Source: Auanema rhodensis (taxonomy: Eukaryota > Animalia > Nematoda). From it: a stretch of DNA of 64,000 nt. Numbering within the stretch: the first letter of the stretch is position 1; each line of letters opens with the position of its first letter. Position numbers and translations under genes: made by a program. The DNA lies in contig OZ059894.1 in the NCBI GenBank assembly GCA_964057225.1, forward strand, positions 2,108,001-2,172,000, read 5' to 3'. Positions 55,201 through 64,000 of this stretch are shown piece by piece. A model generated the notes under the pieces. The model was not told the origin of the DNA, ran no database searches, and saw only the letters and a program-made list of their open reading frames with translations.

Positions 55201-58200
55201 AAAGACGATCGACAATGTTATTCAACGAAAAAATTAATTCTTCAGGGTGAAAATCGAGGATATAAGTGTGAACTTATATCAGTTGATATCTCGGTGCATT
55301 TTTAAGCTAGCGCAAATCTGATAACACAGATCGACGCAGCTTGAAAATCCGCATCGAATGCACTATACTACTTTGAGAAACGCTTAATACAAAAATTAGT
55401 TATGATCGTTTGAAAAATGATGCATTAGTGTATGTTGAGTTTCCATGTACACTCAACATTGCTTCCAAAAACATTTTGACAAAAATTTTTTCGAAAAATT
55501 TCAAATTAATTTAGCAAAAAGTATATGTTTTTAGATTCCTTTTTTCAAGGCAAAGACGATGGACAATGTTATTCAACGAAAAAATTAATTCTTCAGGGTG
55601 AAAATCGAGGATATAAGTGTGAATTTATATCAGTTGATATCTCGGTGCATTTTTAAGCTAGCGCAAATCTGATAACACAGATCGACGCAGCTTAAAAATC
55701 CGCATCGAATGCACTATACTACTTTGAGAAACGCTTAATACAAAAATTAGTTATGATCGTTTGAAAAATGATGCATTAGTGTATGTTGAGTTTCCATGTA
55801 CACTCAACATAGCTTCCAAAAACATTTTGACAAAAATTTTTTCGAAAAATTTCAAAATAATTTAGCAAAAAGTAGATGTTTTTAGATTCCTTTTTTCAAG
55901 GCAAAGACGATGGAAAATGTTATTCAACGAAAAAATTAATTCTTCAGGGTGAAAATCGAGGATATAAGTGTGAACTTATATCAGTTGATATCTCGGTGCA
56001 TTTTTAAGCTAGCGCAAATCTAATAACACAGATCGACGCAGCTTGAAAATCCGCATCGAATGCACTATACTACATTGAGGAACGCTTAATACAAAAATTA
56101 GTTATGATCGTTTGAAAAATGATGCATTAGTGTATGTTGAGTTTCCATGTACACTCAACATAGCTTCCAAAAACATTTTGACAAAAATTTTTTCGAAAAA
56201 TTTCAAAATAATTTAGCAAAAAGTAGATGTTTTTAGATTCCTTTTTTCAAGGCAAAGACGATCGACAATGTTATTCAACGAAAAAATTAATTCTTCAGGG
56301 TGAAAATCGAGGATATAAGTGTGAACTTATATCAGTTGATATCTCGGTGCATTTTTAAGCTAGCGCAAATCTGATAACACAGATCGACGCAGCTTGAAAA
56401 TCCGCATCGAATGCACTATACTACTTTGAGAAACGCTTAATACAAAAATTAGTTATGATCGTTTGAAAAATGATGCATTAGTGTATGTTGAGTTTCCATG
56501 TACACTCAACATTGCTTCCAAAAACATTTTGACAAAAATTTTTTCGAAAAATTTCAAATTAATTTAGCGGAAAGTATATGTTTTTAGATTCCTTTTTTCA
56601 AGGCAAAGACGATGGACAATGTTATTCAACGAAAAAATTAATTCTTCAGGGTGAAAATCGAGGATATAAGTGTGAACTTATATCAGTTGATATCTCGGTG
56701 CATTTTTAAGCTAGCGCAAATCTGATAACACAGATCGACGCAGCTTGAAAATCCGCATCGAATGCACTATACTACTTTGAGAAACGCTTAATACAAAAAT
56801 TAGTTATGATCGTTTGAAAAATGATGCATTAGTGTATGTTGAGTTTCCATGTACACTCAACATTGCTTCCAAAAACATTTTGACAAAAATTTTTTCGAAA
56901 AATTTCAAATTAATTTAGCAAAAAGTAGATGTTTTCAGATTCCTTTTTTCAAGGCAAAGACGATCGACAATGTTATTCAACGAAAAAATTAATTCTTCAG
57001 GGTGAAAATCGAGGATATAAGTGTGAACTTATATCAGTTGATATCTCGGTGCATTTTTAAGCTAGCGCAAATCTAATAACACAGATCGACGCAGCTTGAA
57101 AATCCGCATCGAATGCACTATACTACTTTGAGAAACGCTTAATACAAAAATTAGTTATGATCGTTTGAAAAATGATGCATTAGTGTATGTTGAGTTTCCA
57201 TGTACACTCAACATAGCTTCCAAAAACATTTTGACAAAAATTTTTTCGAAAAATTTCAAATTAATTTAGCAGAAAGTATATGTTTTTAGATTCCTTTTTT
57301 CAAGGCAAAGACGATGGACAATGTTATTCAACGAAAAAATTAATTCTTCAGGGTGAAAATCGAGGATATAAGTGTGAATTTATATCAGTTGATATCTCGG
57401 TGCATTTTTAAGCTAGCGCAAATCTGATAACACAGATCGACGCAGCTTAAAAATCCGCATCGAATGCACTATACTACATTGAGGAACGCTTAATACAAAA
57501 ATTAGTTATGATCGTTTGAAAAATGATGCATTAGTGTATGTTGAGTTTCCATGTACACTCAACATAGCTTCCAAAAACATTTTGACAAAAATTTTTTCGA
57601 AAAATTTCAAATTAATTTAGCAGAAAGTATATGTTTTTAGATTCCTTTTTTCAAGGCAAAGACGATGGACAATGTTATTCAACGAAAAAATTAATTCTTC
57701 AGGGTGAAAATCGAGGATATAAGTGTGAATTTATATCAGTTGATATCTCGGTGCATTTTCAAGCTAGCGCAAATCTGATAACACAGATCGACGCAGCTTG
57801 AAAATCCGCATCGAATGCACTATACTACATTGAGGAACACTTAATACAAAAATTAGTTATGATCGTTTGAAAAATGATGCATTAGTGTATGTTGAGTTTC
57901 CATGTACACTCAACATAGCTTCCAAAAACATTTTGACAAAAATTTTTTCGAAAAATTTCAAAATAATTTAGCAAAAAGTAGATGTTTTTAGATTCCTTTT
58001 TTCAAGGCAAAGACGATCGACAATGTTATTCAACGAAAAAATTAATTCTTCAGGGTGAAAATCGAGGATATAAGTGTGAACTTATATCAGTTGATATCTC
58101 GGTGCATTTTTAAGCTAGCGCAAATCTGATAACACAGATCGACGCAGCTTGAAAATCCGCATCGAATGCACTATACTACTTTGAGAAACGCTTAATACAA

Positions 58201-58266
58201 AAATTAGTTATGATCGTTTGAAAAATGATGCATTAGTGTATGTTGAGTTTCCATGTACACTCAACA
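37207..58266. repeat. Sub-domain 3 (M107-166): C88 subfamily with dimer/tetramer/11-mer periodicity
   Basis: T2/T48/G59/T66/T166 copies alternate with A2/A48/A59/G66/C103 (GACGATCGAC) copies. C103 is first seen at 38362. Confidence 0.85.
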
Positions 58267-61200
58267 TAGCTTCCAAAAACATTTTGACAAAAATTTTTTC
58301 GAAAAATTTCAGAATAATTTAGCAAAAAGTAGATGTTTTTAGATTTCTTTTCTCAAGGCAAAGACGATGGACAATGTTATTCAACGGAAAAATTAATTCT
58401 TCAGGGTGAAAATCGAGGATATAAGTGTGAACTTATATCAGTTGATATCTCGGTGCATTTTTAAGCTAGCGCAAATCTGATAACACAGATCGACGCAGCT
58501 TAAAAATCCGCATCGAATGCACTATACTACATTGAGGAACGCTTAATACAAAAATTAGTTATGATCGTTTGAAAAATGATGCATTAGTGTATGTTGAGTT
58601 TCCATGTACACTCAACATAGCTTCCAAAAACATTTTGACAAAAATTTTTTCGAAAAATTTCAGAATAATTTAGCAAAAAGTAGATGTTTTTAGATTTCTT
58701 TTTTCAAGGCAAAGACGATGGACAATGTTATTCAACGAAAAAATTAATTCTTCAGGGTGAAAATCGAGGATATAAGTGTGAACTTATATCAGTTGATATC
58801 TCGGTGCATTTTTAAGCTAGCGCAAATCTGATAACACAGATCGACGCAGCTTGAAAATCCGCATCGAATGCACTATACTACATTGAGGAACGCTTAATAC
58901 AAAAATTAGTTATGATCGTTTGAAAAATGATGCATTAGTGTATGTTGAGTTTCCATGTACACTCAACATTGCTTCCAAAAACATTTTGACAAAAATTTTT
59001 TCGAAAAATTTCAAATTAATTTAGCGGAAAGTATATGTTTTTAGATTCCTTTTTTCAAGGCAAAGACGATGGACAATGTTATTCAACGAAAAAATTAATT
59101 CTTCAGGGTGAAAATCGAGGATATAAGTGTGAACTTATATCAGTTGATATCTCGGTGCATTTTTAAGCTAGCGCAAATCTGATAACACAGATCGACGCAG
59201 CTTGAAAATCCGCATCGAATGCACTATACTACATTGAGGAACGCTTAATACAAAAATTAGTTATGATCGTTTGAAAAATGATGCATTAGTGTATGTTGAG
59301 TTTCCATGTACACTCAACATAGCTTCCAAAAACATTTTGACAAAAATTTTTTCGAAAAATTTCAAAATAATTTAGCAAAAAGTAAATGTTTTTAGATTCC
59401 TTTTTTCAAGGCAAAGACGATCGACAATGTTATTCAACGAAAAAATTAATTCTTCAGGGTGAAAATCGAGGATATAAGTGTGAACTTATATCAGTTGATA
59501 TCTCGGTGCATTTTTAAGCTAGCGCAAATCTGATAACACAGATCGACGCAGCTTGAAAATCCGCATCGAATGCACTATACTACTTTGAGAAACGCTTAAT
59601 ACAAAAATTAGTTATGATCGTTTGAAAAATGATGCATTAGTGTATGTTGAGTTTCCATGTACACTCAACATTGCTTCCAAAAACATTTTGACAAAAATTT
59701 TTTCGAAAAATTTCAAATTAATTTAGCAGAAAGTATATGTTTTTAGATTCCTTTTTTTAAGGCAAAGACGATGGACAATGTTATTCAACGAAAAAATTAA
59801 TTCTTCAGGGTGAAAATCGAGGATATAAGTGTGAATTTATATCAGTTGATATCTCGGTGCATTTTTAAGCTAGCGCAAATCTGATAACACAGATCGACGC
59901 AGCTTAAAAATCCGCATCGAATGCACTATACTACATTGAGGAACGCTTAATACAAAAATTAGTTATGATCGTTTGAAAAATGATGCATTAGTGTATGTTG
60001 AGTTTCCATGTACACTCAACATAGCTTCCAAAAACATTTTGACAAAAATTTTTTCGAAAAATTTCAGAATAATTTAGCAAAAAGTAGATGTTTTTAGATT
60101 TCTTTTCTCAAGGCAAAGACGATGGACAATGTTATTCAACGAAAAAATTAATTCTTCAGGGTGAAAATCGAGGATATAAGTGTGAACTTATATCAGTTGA
60201 TATCTCGGTGCATTTTTAAGCTAGCGCAAATCTGATAACACAGATCGACGCAGCTTGAAAATCCGCATCGAATGCACTATACTACTTTGAGAAACGCTTA
60301 ATACAAAAATTAGTTATGATCGTTTGAAAAATGATGCATTAGTGTATGTTGAGTTTCCATGTACACTCAACATTGCTTCCAAAAACATTTTGACAAAAAT
60401 TTTTTCGAAAAATTTCAAATTAATTTAGCAGAAAGTATATGTTTTTAGATTCCTTTTTTCAAGGCAAAGACGATGGACAATGTTATTCAACGAAAAAATT
60501 AATTCTTCAGGGTGAAAATCGAGGATATAAGTGTGAATTTATATCAGTTGATATCTCGGTGCATTTTTAAGCTAGCGCAAATCTGATAACACAGATCGAC
60601 GCAGCTTGAAAATCCGCATCGAATGCACTATACTACATTGAGGAACGCTTAATACAAAAATTAGTTATGATCGTTTGAAAAATGATGCATTAGTGTATGT
60701 TGAGTTTCCATGTACACTCAACATTGCTTCCAAAAACATTTTGACAAAAATTTTTTCGAAAAATTTCAAAATAATTTAGCAAAAAGTAGATGTTTTTAGA
60801 TTCCTTTTTTCAAGGCAAAGACGATCGACAATGTTATTCAACGAAAAAATTAATTCTTAAGGGTGAAAATCGAGGATATAAGTGTGAACTTATATCAGTT
60901 GATATCTCGGTGCATTTTTAAGCTAGCGCAAATCTGATAACACAGATCGACGCAGCTTGAAAATCCGCATCGAATGCACTATACTACATTGAGGAACGCT
61001 TAATACAAAAATTAGTTATGATCGTTTGAAAAATGATGCATTAGTGTATGTTGAGTTTCCATGTACACTCAACATAGCTTCCAAAAACATTTTGACAAAA
61101 ATTTTTTCGAAAAATTTCAAAATAATTTAGCAAAAAGTAGATGTTTTTAGATTCCTTTTTTCAAGGCAAAGACGATCGACAATGTTATTCAACGAAAAAA

Positions 61201-64000
61201 TTAATTCTTCAGGGTGAAAATCGAGGATATAAGTGTGAACTTATATCAGTTGATATCTCGGTGCATTTTTAAGCTAGCGCAAATCTGATAACACAGATCG
61301 ACGCAGCTTGAAAATCCGCATCGAATGCACTATACTACTTTGAGAAACGCTTAATACAAAAATTAGTTATGATCGTTTGAAAAATGATGCATTAGTGTAT
61401 GTTGAGTTTCCATGTACACTCAACATTGCTTCCAAAAACATTTTGACAAAAATTTTTTCGAAAAATTTCAAATTAATTTAGCAGAAAGTATATGTTTTTA
61501 GATTCCTTTTTTTAAGGCAAAGACGATGGACAATGTTATTCAACGAAAAAATTAATTCTTCAGGGTGAAAATCGAGGATATAAGTGTGAATTTATATCAG
61601 TTGATATCTCGGTGCATTTTTAAGCTAGCGCAAATCTGATAACACAGATCGACGCAGCTTAAAAATCCGCATCGAATGCACTATACTACATTGAGGAACG
61701 CTTAATACAAAAATTAGTTATGATCGTTTGAAAAATGATGCGTTAGTGTATGTTGAGTTTCCATGTACACTCAACATAGCTTCCAAAAACATTTTGACAA
61801 AAATTTTTTCGAAAAATTTCAGAATAATTTAGCAAAAAGTAGATGTTTTTAGATTTCTTTTCTCAAGGCAAAGACGATGGACAATGTTATTCAACGAAAA
61901 AATTAATTCTTCAGGGTGAAAATCGAGGATATAAGTGTGAACTTATATCAGTTGATATCTCGGTGCATTTTTAAGCTAGCGCAAATCTGATAACACAGAT
62001 CGACGCAGCTTGAAAATCCGCATCGAATGCACTATACTACATTGAGGAACGCTTAATACAAAAATTAGTTATGATCGTTTGAAAAATGATGCGTTAGTGT
62101 ATGTTGAGTTTCCATGTACACTCAACATAGCTTCCAAAAACATTTTGACAAAAATTTTTTCGAAAAATTTCAGAATAATTTAGCAAAAAGTAGATGTTTT
62201 TAGATTTCTTTTCTCAAGGCAAAGACGATGGACAATGTTATTCAACGAAAAAATTAATTCTTCAGGGTGAAAATCGAGGATATAAGTGTGAACTTATATC
62301 AGTTGATATCTCGGTGCATTTTTAAGCTAGCGCAAATCTGATAACACAGATCGACGCAGCTTGAAAATCCGCATCGAATGCACTATACTACTTTGAGAAA
62401 CGCTTAATACAAAAATTAGTTATGATCGTTTGAAAAATGATGCATTAGTGTATGTTGAGTTTCCATGTACACTCAACATAGCTTCCAAAAACATTTTGAC
62501 AAAAATTTTTTCGAGAAATTTCAAAATAATTTAGCAAAAAGTAGATGTTTTTAGATTCCTTTTTTCAAGGCAAAGACGATGGACAATGTTATTCAACGAA
62601 AAAATTAATTCTTCAGGGTGAAAATCGAGGATATAAGTGTGAATTTATATCAGTTGATATCTCGGTGCAATTTTAAGCTAGCGCAAATCTGATAACACAG
62701 ATCGACGCAGCTTAAAAATCCGCATCGAATGCACTATACTACATTGGGGAACGCTTAATACAAAAATTAGTTATGATCGTTTGAAAAATGATGCATTAGT
62801 GTATGTTGAGTTTCCATGTACACTCAACATAGCTTCCAAAAACATTTTGACAAAAATTTTTTCGAAAAATTTCAGAATAATTTAGCAAAAATTAGATGTT
62901 TTTAGATTTCTTTTCTCAAGGCAAAGACGATGGACAATGTTATTCAACGAAAAAATTAATTCTTCAGGGTGAAAATCGAGGATATAAGTGTGAACTTATA
63001 TCAGTTGATATCTCGGTGCATTTTTAAGCTAGCGCAAATCTGATAACACAGATCGACGCAGCTTGAAAATCCGCATCGAATGCACTATACTACTTTGAGA
63101 AACGCTTAATACAAAAATACGTTATGATCGTTTGAAAAATGATGCATTAGTGTATGTTGAGTTTCCATGTACACTCAACATTGCTTCCAAAAACATTTTG
63201 ACAAAAATTTTTTCGAAAAATTTCAAAATAATTTAGCAAAAAGTAGATGTTTTTAGATTCCTTTTTTCAAGGCAAAGACGATGGACAATGTTATTCATCG
63301 AAAAAATTAATTCTTCAGGGTGAAAATCGAGGATATAAGTGTGAACTTATATCAGTTGATATCTCGGTGCATTTTTAAGCTAGCGCAAATCTGATAACAC
63401 AGATCGACGCAGCTTGAAAATCTGCATCGAATGCACTATACTACTTTGAGAAACGCTTGATACAAAAATACGTTATGATCGTTTGAAAAATGATGCATTA
63501 GTGTATGTTGAGTTTCCATGTACACTCAACATTGCTTCCAAAAACATTTTGACAAAAATTTTTTCGAAAAATTTCAAAATAATTTAGCAAAAAGTAGATG
63601 TTTTTAGATTCCTTTTTTCAAGGCAAAGACGATGGACAATGTTATTCAACGAAAAAATTAATTCTTCAGGGTGAAAATCGAGGATATAAGTGTGAACTTA
63701 TATCAGTTGATATCTCGGTGCATTTTTAAGCTAGCGCAAATCTGATAACACAGATCGACGCAGCTTGAAAATCCGCATCGAATGCACTATACTACTTTGA
63801 GAAACGCTTAATACAAAAATACGTTATGATCGTTTGAAAAATGATGCATTAGTGTATGTTGAGTTTCCATGTACACTCAACATTGCTTCCAAAAACATTT
63901 TGACAAAAATTTTTTCGAAAAATTTCAAAATAATTTACCAAAAGTAGGTGTTTTTAGATTCCTTTTTTCAAGGCAAAGACGATGGACTATGTTATTCAAC
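58267..64000. repeat. Sub-domain 4 (M167-183): irregular, more diverged monomers
   Basis: The G46/T80/C86 type returns, there are many rare or private substitutions, and the only indel of the window lies near 63940. The boundary is approximate; irregularity begins around 56.5 kb. Confidence 0.75.

Larger units (their letters stand above)
1..64000. repeat. Satellite DNA tandem array, 351-bp monomer, ~182.3 head-to-tail copies
   Basis: T(T/A)GCTTCCAAAAA recurs at 1, 352, 703, 1054 and onward. Every 20th copy falls exactly at 7021, 14041, ... 63181 (20x351=7020). There is no unique sequence or orientation switch, and the array runs off both window ends. Confidence 0.99.

Noticed and set aside
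1-64000. Giant repetitive ORF (351 = 117 codons, so frame would be preserved across copies)
   Set aside because: Stops occur in all three + frames (TGA 19-21, TAG 74-76, TAG 54-56) and in all three - frames (TCA/TTA on + at 115, 53 and 111) in the monomer.
1-64000. CRISPR array or other repeat-spacer system
   Set aside because: There are no unique spacers between the palindromes. The entire 351-bp unit is repeated, and no cas or other genes are present.

Overview
The whole 64 kb window is one uninterrupted head-to-tail tandem array (satellite DNA) of a 351-bp AT-rich monomer. It holds about 182.3 copies, all in the same orientation; monomer n (Mn) starts at 1+351*(n-1). By hand count, monomer 1 is about 31% GC. 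I found no genes, RNA genes, CRISPR spacers or inserted mobile elements, and all six reading frames are closed within every monomer. Monomers differ by only a few substitutions. The register is held exactly until a single 1-bp deletion in the last, partial copy. The variants divide the array into subfamily domains with nested higher-order repeats (2-, 3-, 4-, 5-, 6-, 9- and 11-monomer periods) and recombinant junction monomers. Divergence rises at the right end, which may be near the array edge. The monomer is dense in inverted repeats. Its commonest stem polymorphisms switch between Watson-Crick and G-T(U) pairs on the + strand, which is the most interesting signal. It could reflect a structured satellite transcript or ssDNA, or quasi-palindrome-templated mutation. 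The source is probably a eukaryote with little CpG methylation, such as an invertebrate, but this is inference. I cannot assign a species, a named satellite family or centromeric function from sequence alone. I did not find a gene-encoded novel system.
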